A stretch of 64,000 nt of DNA. It comes from Blastocatellia bacterium (lineage in GTDB: Bacteria; Acidobacteriota; Blastocatellia; UBA7656; JADIYM01). This document shows positions 1-9,669 of the stretch, piece after piece. Position numbers and translations under genes: made by a program. The stretch is from the NCBI GenBank assembly GCA_016705245.1, contig JADIYM010000005.1:139069-203068 (forward strand). Reading direction: 5' to 3'. Each line of letters opens with the position of its first letter. Positions within the stretch are counted from its first letter, which is position 1. A model generated the notes under the pieces. It saw only the letters and a list, made by a program, of their open reading frames with translations. It searched no databases and was not told where the DNA came from.

Positions 1-476
1 TCGCCGCTGCCGGCGCGCAGCAGCAGGCGCGAGACGTGCCGGCCGAATGTGCCGGCTTCGTGGTGATTTTTGCCGTGGACGTCCGATGCGACCATCCCGC
101 CAAGCGTCACGAACTGCGTTCCCGGCGATACCGGCGTGAACCAGCCGCGGTCGAGCAACGCCCGGTTGAGGGCGAAGAGCGAAAGTCCAGCCTCAGCCCG
201 AAGGACGCCGGTCTCGGGGTCGAAGGCGAGAATTCTGTCCGCGAGCCGCGTCGACGCGATCGTCCCGCCCCCCTTTGCGGGCAACGACGAATCGCCGTAC
301 GAGCGTCCGAGGCCGCGCGTGAGCGACACGTCGCGCGTCAGGCGCTCGAGGTCTTCGCCGATCCGCTCGAGGCCCTCGACGACCGGGCTGCGGCCCCACC
401 CCGAGAGTCGCGTCGCTGCCGACGTCGCAGTCGCGTTGCGCGTCACGGGAAGGACCGGTGTGGCCACGGAACGCAT
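1..476 (-). CDS. FAD-binding oxidoreductase, DprE1-like (decaprenylphosphoryl-beta-D-ribose 2'-oxidase family). Only the N-terminal part is in the window; the gene continues past position 1.
   Basis: Manual translation of the minus strand from the ATG at 476-474 gives MRSVATPVLPVTRNATATSAATRLSGWGRSPVV...TRGLGRSYGDSS...FVTLGGMVASDVHGKNHHEAG. This matches the DprE1 N-terminus (ATRLTGWGR...RGLGRSYGD...HGKNHH) and the FAD PCMH motifs. It is absent from the ORF track because it runs off the window. Confidence 0.65.
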   Translation of the reverse strand, partial: MRSVATPVLPVTRNATATSAATRLSGWGRSPVVEGLERIGEDLERLTRDVSLTRGLGRSYGDSSLPAKGGGTIASTRLADRILAFDPETGVLRAEAGLSLFALNRALLDRGWFTPVSPGTQFVTLGGMVASDVHGKNHHEAGTFGRHVSRLLLRAGSG

Positions 477-487
477 TCGCGTGCGCG

Positions 488-976
488 TCAGGCCGGTTGC
501 GGCCCGGCCTCGCGCTCGAACGCGATGTAGTCGAGGGTGAGCGGTTCGCCGCCTTCCGCGCGCACCGCCGAGAGTACCTGTCCGCGGTGATGCACGCCGT
601 GCGTGTACAGATGGGTGAGGATGTCGCGCAGCGGCGTGTCGAACGGCTCGCCCTTGAGGTTGCTGTAGTGGATCGTGCCGGATAGATGTCCCTCGGAAAC
701 ACCCTCCAGGAACGCCTTGAACCGGGCGTGCGTCTCGTCCGCGTAGGCTTCGCACTCGTCGAGCGGCATGGTCGCCCATTCGCCCTCGGGATTCGGCAGC
801 CCCAGAATCCGGTGCAGCCAGAAACGCTCGGCGATGAGCAGGTGCGAAAGCGGATCGAGCGCCTTGGACCCTGCGACGGGCACGGTGCGGATCGACGCGA
901 TTGCCCGCAAATTCGCCCAGGCGTTGTAGTTCAGGAAATGCTCGAGTTGCGCGATCATAGGCCTCGGATCTGCCAC
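488..976 (-). CDS. DinB/YfiT-like (DinB_2 superfamily) putative metal-dependent hydrolase
   Basis: 162-aa ORF with the DinB-family signature (conserved His residues, HLYTHGVHHRGQ). Good codon usage. Confidence 0.55.
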   Translation of the reverse strand: MADPRPMIAQLEHFLNYNAWANLRAIASIRTVPVAGSKALDPLSHLLIAERFWLHRILGLPNPEGEWATMPLDECEAYADETHARFKAFLEGVSEGHLSGTIHYSNLKGEPFDTPLRDILTHLYTHGVHHRGQVLSAVRAEGGEPLTLDYIAFEREAGPQPA

Positions 977-1016
977 AGATTCAGGCAGATAGACACAGAC
1001 CAGCGTTCATCTGTGG

Positions 1017-2069
1017 TCATCTGTGGACAAGTCTGGTCTCGCCCGATCCCTCGACGATGCGGCCGATGCGCCAGTGGGGCTCGTTGAGCGAATCGAGGTG
1101 GGCTTCGATGGCCGCGGCGGGGGCGCCGTCCCCTGCAACGACGACCATTCCGACGCCCATGTTGAGCGCGCGATAGGCCTCGGCGTCTTCCAGGTGTCCG
1201 AGCTCGACCAGCATTCGGAACAGCGGAGGAGCACTCCACGAATCCAGGTCGACCTCGAACGAGCACCCGTCAGGCAGGATGCGGGGCACGTTGTCGACGA
1301 GCCCTCCGCCGGTGATGTGCGCGAGCCCCTTGATGTGACCCGTCTCGAGCAATCCATCGAGCGCCTGCAAGTAGCTCTTGTGCGGCGCGAGCAGCGCTTC
1401 CCCGACCGAAATGCCGCCGAGTTGCTCCGGCCGCGAGTCCGGCGTGAAGCCGCCGACTTCGAAGAAGAGCTTTCGCGCAAGGCTGTATCCGTTCGTGTGC
1501 AGTCCCACCGAAGGAAGCGCGATCGCGACGTCACCCGGAGCGATTCCCGCGCCCGTGATGACGTGCTGGCGGTCGACGACGCCGACGATGAATCCGGCAA
1601 TGTCGTATTCGCCCGCCGCGTAAAATCCAGGCATTTCGGCTGTCTCGCCGCCGATGAGCGCGCAGCCGTTCGTGCGGCAACCTCGCGCGACGCCTTCGAC
1701 GACCGACACCACGACGTCCGGATCGAGGCCGCCCGTTGCGAAATAGTCCATGAAGAAAAGCGGCCTCGCGCCCTGCACGAGGATGTCGTCGACGCAGTGG
1801 TTGACGAGGTCTTCGCCGACCGTGTTGTGAACCCCGGTCATGAAGGCCAGACGCAGTTTCGTGCCGACGCCGTCGGCCGACGAGACGAGCACTGGCTCTT
1901 TCATCCCTCCGAAGTCCGCGCGGAAGAGAGCGCCGAAGCTGCCGATCTCCGTCAGCACGTTCGGCGTGAACGTGGCCTTCGCGAGTCCCGTGATGCGCTT
2001 TACGGCGCTTGTCGCGGCGTCGATGTCGACGCCAGCGTCCTTGTAGGTGATCTGTTTCGGGTCGTTCAT
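1017..2069 (-). CDS. purM: Phosphoribosylformylglycinamidine cyclo-ligase (AIR synthetase)
   Basis: 350 aa. N-terminus MNDPKQITYKDAGVDIDAA..., typical of PurM. Confidence 0.95.
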   Translation of the reverse strand: MNDPKQITYKDAGVDIDAATSAVKRITGLAKATFTPNVLTEIGSFGALFRADFGGMKEPVLVSSADGVGTKLRLAFMTGVHNTVGEDLVNHCVDDILVQGARPLFFMDYFATGGLDPDVVVSVVEGVARGCRTNGCALIGGETAEMPGFYAAGEYDIAGFIVGVVDRQHVITGAGIAPGDVAIALPSVGLHTNGYSLARKLFFEVGGFTPDSRPEQLGGISVGEALLAPHKSYLQALDGLLETGHIKGLAHITGGGLVDNVPRILPDGCSFEVDLDSWSAPPLFRMLVELGHLEDAEAYRALNMGVGMVVVAGDGAPAAAIEAHLDSLNEPHWRIGRIVEGSGETRLVHR

Positions 2070-2112
2070 CGAGTGTCGGTGAGGGAGTGATTGGTCGAGC
2101 GAGCAGGCGTCA

Positions 2113-3537
2113 CTACACGCCTAGCGGCTCCTTCTCGCGCTGGGCCTTGGTTTCGGCACGCGGCGAGACTTCGATCGGGTAACGGTTCGTGTAGCAGGCG
2201 GTGCAATACATCGTGTCGCGCGCGTCGCCGCACGCGGCGAGCAGTCCGTCGAGACTCAGGTATCCGAGGCTGTCGGCGCCGACGAACTCGCGAATCTCTT
2301 CGACCGTGCGCGACGAGGCGATGAGGTGCTCGCGCGTCGGCGTGTCGACGCCGTAATAACAGGGCGCGACCGTGGGCGGGCAGCTGATTCGAAGGTGGAC
2401 TTCGGTTGCGCCCGCCTGCCGCACCATGTTCACGATCTTCTTCGACGTGGTTCCGCGGACGATGGAGTCGTCGATGAGGACGACTCGACGTCCGGCGATC
2501 AGGTCGATGATCGGGTTGAGCTTTACCTTCACGCCAAAGTGGCGGATGGACTGCTTCGGCTCGATGAACGTGCGCCCGACGTAGTGGTTGCGCACGAGGC
2601 CGAAGCGGAATTTCATTCCCGACTCTGCCGCGTAGCCGATCGCCGCGGCGACGCCCGAGTCCGGCACGGGCACGACGATGTCGGCGTTGACCGGATGCTC
2701 GCGTGCAAGTGCCTTGCCCATCTTGTGGCGGCTCTTGTTGACCGACCGGCCGAACACGAGCGAATCGGGACGCGCGAAGTAAACGTGTTCGAAGATGCAG
2801 TGAGACGATCGCTCGACCTTCGCGAGCGGGAACGAGGACTGCAGGTCGGAGGGGTTACTGCGGTCGATGACGAGGACTTCGCCGGGCTCGATGTCGCGCA
2901 CGTATTCGGCGTCGATGAGGTCGAACGCACACGTCTCGGACGCGACAACCCACGCGCCGTCCAGCACGCCGAGCGCGAGCGGACGGAAGCCTCGCGGGTC
3001 GCGCACGACGATGAGTTGCGTCGGCGTCAGGAAAACCATCGAGTAGGCGCCGTCGATCCCGTTGAACGTTTCGTGGATGGCGCCGACGAGCGAGTTGGCC
3101 CGCGAGCGGGCAAGCTTGTGGAGGACGACCTCGGTGTCGCTCGTCGAAGAGAAGATCGCGCCTTCGAGCTCGAGCTGCTGCCGATGGTCGGCGGCGTCCG
3201 GGAGATTGCCGTTGTGGCAGAGGGCTACCTGTCCGCGATGGCAATCGATGAGGAACGGCTGCGCCTCGCGGAGCGAGACCATGCCGGACGTCGAATACCG
3301 GACGTGGCCAATGGCGGCGTCTCCGGGGAGCCGTGCGAGGCGGTCTTCGTGGAAGATCTCGTTGACGTGCCCCATGCCGCGCTCGGCGTGGAGCACTCGG
3401 CCGTCGCTTGTGACGATCCCGGCCGACTCCTGACCACGATGCTGGAGGGCGTAGAGCCCGAGATATGTCAGGCGAGCGGCTTCCGGATGTCCCAGAACGC
3501 CGAAGACCCCGCATTCCTCACGCAGTTTGTCGAACAT
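2113..3537 (-). CDS. purF: Amidophosphoribosyltransferase (glutamine PRPP amidotransferase)
   Basis: The true start is probably M at 3537 (MFDKLREECGVFGV, an 11-aa propeptide before the catalytic Cys as in B. subtilis PurF). The longer track ORF (to 3693) runs through repeat A1 and is an artefact (MSLCAKLF...). Confidence 0.93.
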   Translation of the reverse strand: MFDKLREECGVFGVLGHPEAARLTYLGLYALQHRGQESAGIVTSDGRVLHAERGMGHVNEIFHEDRLARLPGDAAIGHVRYSTSGMVSLREAQPFLIDCHRGQVALCHNGNLPDAADHRQQLELEGAIFSSTSDTEVVLHKLARSRANSLVGAIHETFNGIDGAYSMVFLTPTQLIVVRDPRGFRPLALGVLDGAWVVASETCAFDLIDAEYVRDIEPGEVLVIDRSNPSDLQSSFPLAKVERSSHCIFEHVYFARPDSLVFGRSVNKSRHKMGKALAREHPVNADIVVPVPDSGVAAAIGYAAESGMKFRFGLVRNHYVGRTFIEPKQSIRHFGVKVKLNPIIDLIAGRRVVLIDDSIVRGTTSKKIVNMVRQAGATEVHLRISCPPTVAPCYYGVDTPTREHLIASSRTVEEIREFVGADSLGYLSLDGLLAACGDARDTMYCTACYTNRYPIEVSPRAETKAQREKEPLGV

Positions 3538-3632
3538 ACAGCTCCATCGATCGCTCAGTCGAAACACGCCCACCACGGCTGAAATCGGGAGACCCGCGAG
3601 AATACCATAACTGGGGCGCTCCCGGCTCAGCG

Positions 3633-3706
3633 CCTCAGTGTCTCTGTGTGCGAAGCTCTTTTCGACCTTGAAGAGCTTCGCACACAGAGACACTGAGACA
3701 CAGAGA
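3633..3706. repeat. Palindromic heptamer-array repeat, family A (CACAGAG/CTCTGTG arrays flanking the GTGTGCGAAGC...GCTTCGCACAC stem)
   Basis: Near-perfect inverted repeat between pyk and purF: cctcagtgtctctgtgtgcgaagctctt...aagagcttcgcacacagagacactgag. Confidence 0.9.
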
Positions 3707-3723
3707 AGAGCTCCGAAGCCTCG

Positions 3724-5151
3724 TTACGCCAGGTCGCCGACGCGGTGCAGTTTCATCATTGTCGAGGCCGAAACGCCCTCGATGACGCCGGTCACGACGA
3801 CGACGGCCTCACCTACCTCGGCAACGCCCAGATCAACGAGGGACCGGTCGCCTCTCGCCAGCAGATCGTCCGTGCTGTCCGCAAACGATATCGCGTGCGC
3901 CTCGACGCCCCACACGGGAGCGAGTTGCCGGCACGCACGTTCGTGCGGCGCGAAAGCAATCAGTCGCTGGGAAGGTCGAAGTCCGGCGATGTGCTTCGCC
4001 ATCGATCCGTGCTCGGTCAGCACGACTATTGCGCGAGCGCCTATCTCCTCGGCAGCGAGCACGGAGGCCTCGGCTGCGGCGCGCGCGAACGATCCGGACT
4101 GCACGCCGGCAAATCGGCCAGGCGTCGGTTGCGGAGCGACGTCCGATTCCTCGGCGACACGGGCGATCCGGTCCATTGTCTGGATGGCCTCTACGGGGAA
4201 GCGGCCCACGGCTGTTTCCCCCGAAAGCATGACCGCGTCGGTGCCGTCGAAGATCGCGTTTGCGACATCGGACGCTTCGGCCCGCGTCGGTCGCGGATGC
4301 TCGATCATCGACTGCAGCATCTGGGTCGCGGTGATTACGAAGCGCTCAGAGCGAACGGCGTCGGCGATCATCCGTTTCTGGAGGATGGGAACGGCCTCGG
4401 CGGATGTTTCGACGCCCAGGTCGCCGCGAGCCACCATGATGCCATCGACGACACGCAGGATCTCACCGAGGTTCTCGACGGCTTCGGGTTTCTCAATCTT
4501 AGCGACGAGTGCAACGGACGGATCAGTCGCAGCGATCAGCTCGCGCGCCGTTCGGCAGTCGGCGGCCGAGCGTACGAACGAGAGGGCTACGAGGTCGACG
4601 CCCGCCGCGAGCGCCGCAGCGAGGTCCGCGCGATCCTTGTCGGTCACCGAAGCCACCGACAGTCGCACGCCAGGGAAATTGACACCCTTTCGTTCCGAGA
4701 GCAGTCCACCGTGTATGACCCGGGCGACGAGCGTCCCCGTTTCGATCGTCTCGACGCGGAGCTCGATGAGGCCGTCGTCGATGAGAATCCGGGCACCGGG
4801 GTGGATCTCCTCCGATAGACGGTCGTACGAGACCGAAATGGTATCTGCGGTGCCTTCGATGTCCCCGGCGACGAGGTGAATCAGCGAACCGTCCCTGAGC
4901 TCGACCGGTCCGCCGCCGACGAGGCGCCCGGTCCGGATCTTGGGCCCGCACAGGTCGGCCAGGACGGCGACATTGCGCCGCGCGGCGGCGGCGATCTCGC
5001 GAATGAGTGCGATGACCTCTGCGTGTTGCTCGCGCGTACCGTGAGAGAAGTTGATGCGCGCCACGTCCAGTCCCGCGTCCATGAGGGCGCGCAGGCGCTC
5101 GGGCGACTTGCTCGATGGGCCAATGGTGGCGACGATCTTTGTCTTGCGCAC
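3724..5151 (-). CDS. pyk: Pyruvate kinase
   Basis: 475 aa. MRKTKIVATIGPSS...NFSHG... is the canonical PK N-terminus. Confidence 0.95.
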   Translation of the reverse strand: MRKTKIVATIGPSSKSPERLRALMDAGLDVARINFSHGTREQHAEVIALIREIAAAARRNVAVLADLCGPKIRTGRLVGGGPVELRDGSLIHLVAGDIEGTADTISVSYDRLSEEIHPGARILIDDGLIELRVETIETGTLVARVIHGGLLSERKGVNFPGVRLSVASVTDKDRADLAAALAAGVDLVALSFVRSAADCRTARELIAATDPSVALVAKIEKPEAVENLGEILRVVDGIMVARGDLGVETSAEAVPILQKRMIADAVRSERFVITATQMLQSMIEHPRPTRAEASDVANAIFDGTDAVMLSGETAVGRFPVEAIQTMDRIARVAEESDVAPQPTPGRFAGVQSGSFARAAAEASVLAAEEIGARAIVVLTEHGSMAKHIAGLRPSQRLIAFAPHERACRQLAPVWGVEAHAISFADSTDDLLARGDRSLVDLGVAEVGEAVVVVTGVIEGVSASTMMKLHRVGDLA

Positions 5152-5203
5152 GCCGCGGAGTCTACTGGCGCGGCTGAAGTCCTGCCAGTGACTCTCCTTC
5201 TCC

Positions 5204-5292
5204 GCGCCTCAGTGTCTCAGTGTCTCTGCGTGCGAAGCTCCTCTCAGTGGTCGAAGCGTTTCGCACGCAGAGACACTGAGACACTGAGGCGC
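5204..5292. repeat. Palindromic heptamer-array repeat, family A
   Basis: gcgcctcagtgtctcagtgtctctgcgtgcgaagc...gcttcgcacgcagagacactgagacactgaggcgc, between the sensor kinase stop and the pyk start. Confidence 0.9.
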
Positions 5293-5339
5293 GGACGCGG
5301 ACGAGCGAGCCGATCCAGAAGTGTTTTCGAAGCACCTTC

Positions 5340-8300
5340 CTACTCGCCTTCGTTGACCGGACGAGTCGCCGCCGGTCGCCGAAGCGTGACCTCGGTGCCG
5401 CCCGGCGGCCGTCGCGTCCACTCGATCGTTGCGTGGATCATGTCGGCCCTCCACCGCATGTTCCCGAGCCCGCGATGGGGACCGGCCCGCTCCGCGGTTT
5501 CATCAAAGCCGACGCCGTCGTCTGCAATACGAACAGTCAGGCCTCCATCGTCGTCGACGCGGGCCTCGACCTCGACGTGGGTCGCCTTGCCGTGCCGACA
5601 CACGTTGCTGACGGCTTCCTGAACGATCCGGTAGATCTGGATCGGGAGGTCGGAACCTGGCTCGAAACGTTCCTCCAGCCGATCCGAGCACGTCACCGTC
5701 GCCGTGAATCGACTGTCCGACGGCACTTCGGACTGCGCCTGGGTCACCAGCCACTCGAGCGCCGGCCCGAGGCCGAGGTTCGAAAGCGCCGACGGGCTAA
5801 GGTCTTCGCAGATGCGACGGATCTCGCCCGATACTTCTTCGATTCGCTGCCGCAGCTCACCCGGACGAGGCGAGACGTCGGCGATGGGCGCGGGCAACTT
5901 GTCCGCGAGCAGCATGAGACGTCGCAGGTCCGCCAGTGTCTGGTCGTGCAGGTCTCTCGCGATGCGGCTGCGCTCGCGCTCGGTCTCGCGGGCTACGCTG
6001 AGCCGAGTTTCGGCCAGCTCCACGTTCGCTGCCCGAAGCGCCGCGTTCTTGCGGGCAATCATCCGGTTCTGAATCGCGCCCCACGCGAGTGCGAGCACCG
6101 CGAGCAGAAGCAGTGACGCCAGCCCGGTCGTGGCCCACGGAAACGGAGCTCGCTCGACGGTGATTAGCACACCACGACCATCCGACGCGACGAGGTCGTT
6201 GTCGAACGCGACCGAGTCGATCCGGTACTGTCCGGGCTCGAGCCGGTCGAGCGAGATCTTTCCGTCGCGGACGAGTCCGTGCGTGACTTCGGTTCCTCGT
6301 GCGTCCGTGACGACGTAGCCGTACTGGAACTGGCCGCGAAACGTACGTGTGCTCGTCGCGAAGAGCTCGAGGACGATGCTGCGTTGCGGGTAGGAGAGCA
6401 CGATGCCCGATTTTGCCTCGCTGGATGCGATCACGCGGTTGGCCAGCGCGCCGGCAACGTCGATGACGGGAGCGACGCTCGAGGTCTGGTAGGTCGTCAG
6501 TCCTCGGCTCGTGCCGAGGAGCGCCGCGAAGGATCGGCCGTCGGCACCAGGCACCACGTCGACGGCAAAGGTGACATCGGACGGCAGCCCACGCTCCTCG
6601 TCGATCCGCGTCTCGAGCCATCCAAATCTATCGTCCCACGCGACAAGAACGACGCCGCGGTTCGCCGTCGCGCAGAGCGCCGACCGGGCGCCGATGGGAG
6701 CGACGGATCGTACGTCGCAATCGGCAAGAATCCGCGCTTCCACCGATCCGTCACGAACGACGAGACCGACATTCGTCGCGAACCAGAGAGTGGCGGACTC
6801 TGAGCCGGCAATGCCGTAGACCGTCTGGCCAGCGAGGGACTCGCTCTCGACATTTGCGAGTCCAGTACTGGTGCACCGGAACGCGCCACGTCCGGCTGTA
6901 CCGATCCACATCGCCTGTCCATCATCGACGTGAATGCAGACGATGTCTCGAATGGCGTCGCCGGCGCCGATGAAGTCGACGGATCGCAAATCGTCGCCGT
7001 CGAGCCGAAGGAGGCCCGCCCCGAACGTCCCGATGTACGTCGCGCCGTCGGAGACCGCAACGGCACGGGCCCGTAAGTCGCCGGACGCGACCTTGGCGTC
7101 GACGGGGGTGAAAGCGGGAATTCCGGCGCGACCCGGGACGGCCGCAAAGAGACCCTGCTGTGTGGCGGCGACCAATCGTCCGTCCGGGGTTGCCTCGACG
7201 TCATAGACCGTTTTTCCGTCAAGACTCGCGACGGAAGCGAGCGACGCTGCCGTTTCGCCAGCCGCAAGGCCACGGTTGGTTCCTATCCAAAGCAGGCCTG
7301 CGGCACGCGAGATCGATCGGACGACGTCGCCGTTCGCGTCGCCTCCGACCACACGCGTCTCGGGACCCCGGCGATCGAATCGGGACGCCCCGCGGTCGCC
7401 GCCAAACCAGACGACGCCTTCGCGGTCCGTAAAGCTGCAGCGCAGGGCATCTGAACGAAGCCCGCCGATCGTGCCAGCAAAGGTCTCGTGACGCTCGATG
7501 CCGGCCGTGGACACGAAGTACGCGCCCCCGGCGGCAGTCGCGACCCAGCACGTGCCGGGGTCGCCCACGCCGAGTCCGGTAACTGCGCCGACTTCGGTCG
7601 AGACGGTTGAGAGGCGGTTGTCGCGATCGAGCCGGTGGATGGCGCCCTGACGCGACCCGGTCGCGGTGCCGATCCAGAGACTTCCGTCCGATGGGTCGAC
7701 GGCGAGCGCGGTGACACCGGTCGAAAGCCCACTCACGACCGGGACGGCGCTGCCGTCGACGAACCGAAGCAGTCCGCGACTGCGGCTGGCAACATAGAAG
7801 TTGCCGTCGCGGGAGACGATCGAGGCGATGTCGGGCACCCAGTCCTCCGCCTGCGCCTTGATCTCAGCCTCGTGTGACCAGGGCGCGAGCGGAGCGAGAA
7901 TGCGATTGGGCGGAGCGGCAAGCCACAGCCGGTTGTCCGTGCTTGCAGCGAGGATCGTGGTTGATCGAGACGGGTCCAAACCGACGGCGCAAAAGGAGGT
8001 CTCGCCACCGCCCGCGACGAAGCTTGCCGATTCGCGGTCAATCTCGAAGAGTCCGGCATCGGTGGCTGCGAGCACACGGCCTTCGGCAAGCGGAACAAGG
8101 GCCGCCACACGTTTCGGGTCCGAGTTTCCGAGTCCGAAGATCCGCGTTCCCCGGCCGTCCTGCACGGCGAGTCCGCGGTCGGTTGCGAACCAGACGGCGC
8201 CATCCGTTGACTGACAGATGGCGTTGACGACGTCGGACGGCATCCCATCGACCATCGACACCGATCCCCACTCGCGATGATTGGCGGCCGCGACTTCCGG

Positions 8301-8528
8301 CGATCGAACGACTGGCCGCGTCGCCATCGGTCCGGGGGCCGCCGCGACGGCCATGGAGCAAACGAGGAGTGCCACCGCGACCGTGCTGCCAGGAAATCCG
8401 CTGCCAAGTCCGACCCGCTCGCTATCGCTCGCGGTACTGATCTCCTGTCGACCGACTGTGTATTTCGAGACACGCTTGGCCAATGCCCACCTGCGCCATC
8501 TTGGGAACCTGCGATTTATCCGGCGCAC
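5340..8528 (-). CDS. Sensor histidine kinase with periplasmic two-component-regulator beta-propeller repeats (Reg_prop) and a Y_Y_Y domain, a TM helix, then HisKA_3 and HATPase_c
   Basis: 1062-aa ORF. The N-terminal part has repeated WFATDRGL/WIGT-type propeller motifs. The C-terminal part has ERERSRIARDLHDQ (HisKA_3) and an ATPase domain. The start is uncertain because the 5' end contains a family F repeat copy. Confidence 0.8.
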   Translation of the reverse strand: MRRINRRFPRWRRWALAKRVSKYTVGRQEISTASDSERVGLGSGFPGSTVAVALLVCSMAVAAAPGPMATRPVVRSPEVAAANHREWGSVSMVDGMPSDVVNAICQSTDGAVWFATDRGLAVQDGRGTRIFGLGNSDPKRVAALVPLAEGRVLAATDAGLFEIDRESASFVAGGGETSFCAVGLDPSRSTTILAASTDNRLWLAAPPNRILAPLAPWSHEAEIKAQAEDWVPDIASIVSRDGNFYVASRSRGLLRFVDGSAVPVVSGLSTGVTALAVDPSDGSLWIGTATGSRQGAIHRLDRDNRLSTVSTEVGAVTGLGVGDPGTCWVATAAGGAYFVSTAGIERHETFAGTIGGLRSDALRCSFTDREGVVWFGGDRGASRFDRRGPETRVVGGDANGDVVRSISRAAGLLWIGTNRGLAAGETAASLASVASLDGKTVYDVEATPDGRLVAATQQGLFAAVPGRAGIPAFTPVDAKVASGDLRARAVAVSDGATYIGTFGAGLLRLDGDDLRSVDFIGAGDAIRDIVCIHVDDGQAMWIGTAGRGAFRCTSTGLANVESESLAGQTVYGIAGSESATLWFATNVGLVVRDGSVEARILADCDVRSVAPIGARSALCATANRGVVLVAWDDRFGWLETRIDEERGLPSDVTFAVDVVPGADGRSFAALLGTSRGLTTYQTSSVAPVIDVAGALANRVIASSEAKSGIVLSYPQRSIVLELFATSTRTFRGQFQYGYVVTDARGTEVTHGLVRDGKISLDRLEPGQYRIDSVAFDNDLVASDGRGVLITVERAPFPWATTGLASLLLLAVLALAWGAIQNRMIARKNAALRAANVELAETRLSVARETERERSRIARDLHDQTLADLRRLMLLADKLPAPIADVSPRPGELRQRIEEVSGEIRRICEDLSPSALSNLGLGPALEWLVTQAQSEVPSDSRFTATVTCSDRLEERFEPGSDLPIQIYRIVQEAVSNVCRHGKATHVEVEARVDDDGGLTVRIADDGVGFDETAERAGPHRGLGNMRWRADMIHATIEWTRRPPGGTEVTLRRPAATRPVNEGE
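8414..8443. repeat. Family F short repeat, single arm, embedded in the 5' coding region of the sensor kinase (encodes [11 protein letters not shown])
   Basis: acccgctcgctatcgctcgcggtactgatc matches the arms at 9311-9398, 42299-42330 and 44789-44912. Confidence 0.7.
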
Positions 8529-8532
8529 GCGG

Positions 8533-9297
8533 CTAATGGCCCTTCACCACGGGTTCGGCGGCAAAGCGTTTTCGATCGCGCGTTATCCACTCGTCAAGCT
8601 CAGCCGAAGCCTTCTCGAGCTCGTCGTCGTTGATGAGCCCGCGCCGCAGCGCCTCGAAAAACGCGCGGGTCCGGACGTTGTACGCAAGCTTGTCGTAGGC
8701 GGCATCCGCCGTGCCGGCGGAGTGCGACGGGAAGAGCTTCTCGTAAAGCGTCGCGAGGCGGCTTTCGACGCCGCGGATGGACAGCTTGCATTTCCGCGAG
8801 ATGGTCCAGTTCGACAGACCCAGCGCGAGGTAGTAGAGCGCTTCGGCCTCGAACTCGGTGAGCAGCGGTTGCTTGAACGAGTCCTTGAACGCCGGATCGA
8901 TCATGTCGGCGCCGTCCTCGAGGACGGCGGCGATGAAGCGCAGCAACCGTGGCTCGGGATTGTTCTTGTCGATGAAGCCGTAGGGCGGCTGCGGGTCGAC
9001 GGTTTTCACGATCTTGCGGATCTCGGTGATGTAGATCTCGTGCGGGAACTGGGTCCAGAAGATGATCCGCGCCGACGGGAAACCCTTCCAGATGGCGCGC
9101 GCGGCCTTGACGCCCGACGTGCCCGGCATCTGGATGTCGAGGACGCAGAGGTCCGGCCGATGCTCGAGTGCCATCTCGACGGTTGAGAGACCGTCGCCGG
9201 CCTCGAGAATTGGCCCGAACGCGGGGAACTCGCGCGCGAGCAGATCCCGCATGTAGGTCCGCTGGGCGACGTTGTCCTCGGCGACGAGAATCGGCAT
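8533..9297 (-). CDS. Response regulator, NarL/FixJ family (receiver domain plus LuxR-type HTH)
   Basis: MPILVAEDN...CVLDIQMPGTSG receiver. C-terminal LTEFEAEALYYLALGLSNWTISRKCKLS is a LuxR HTH. The stop lies 4 bp before the kinase ORF, so the two form an operon. Confidence 0.85.
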   Translation of the reverse strand: MPILVAEDNVAQRTYMRDLLAREFPAFGPILEAGDGLSTVEMALEHRPDLCVLDIQMPGTSGVKAARAIWKGFPSARIIFWTQFPHEIYITEIRKIVKTVDPQPPYGFIDKNNPEPRLLRFIAAVLEDGADMIDPAFKDSFKQPLLTEFEAEALYYLALGLSNWTISRKCKLSIRGVESRLATLYEKLFPSHSAGTADAAYDKLAYNVRTRAFFEALRRGLINDDELEKASAELDEWITRDRKRFAAEPVVKGH

Positions 9298-9310
9298 CGG
9301 TGGCTCCGGG

Positions 9311-9398
9311 CATCAGTACCGCGCGCGGTAGCGCACGGGTAAACCGCGAGATCCGTCCGATCGAGCAGACCCGTGCGCTACCGCGTACGGTACTGTGA
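9311..9398. repeat. Family F inverted-repeat element (30-bp arms, 28-bp spacer)
   Basis: catcagtaccgcgcgcggtagcgcacgggt ... acccgtgcgctaccgcgtacggtactgtga, in the divergent intergenic region. Confidence 0.8.
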
Positions 9399-9669
9399 CG
9401 TGCGGCGCCGTGCAGAACGCCCGCTGGCATTACACGCCGCAGGGCGGGACAGGTCAATGTGGGTACCCACAGCGTTCGTGACCGGGGAGCCGTTTTTAAC
9501 AGCGTGCGCAGCCGCGTACGACGTCCGAATTGGCCTCGTGGTGGGATTCGGGCACTGGGATGACACTGCGGACATGAGCCGTCCCGCACATCCGTCGCCG
9601 ACTCCCCTCGAGCGTCCAGACTTCGTGCCCCAGAGGATCGATCGCGCCAGTCGCGGTCGGGGCGTCACG

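Noticed and set aside
1023-2090. Long antisense ORFs overlapping real genes. Examples are 1023..2090(+), 3638..4879(+), 28004..29374(-), 29501..31714(-), 36979..38484(-), 41174..42529(-), 43663..44841(-), 53914..55329(+) and 20236..21210(-).
   Set aside because: Each lies opposite a well-supported gene (purM, pyk, the TonB receptor, the ABC permease, the peptidase, the aminotransferase, GH44, and dksA/comF). Their Arg-rich low-complexity translations are the usual GC-frame artefacts.
3537-3693. N-terminal extensions of track ORFs beginning MSLCAKLF..., MPPRLCVRSS... and similar (purF 2113..3693, 13806..15314, 32580..33860, 57617..58156 and others)
   Set aside because: These are translations of the family A and B palindromic repeats, which read CAKLF/CVRSS. 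True starts were placed downstream at conserved N-termini with RBS support.
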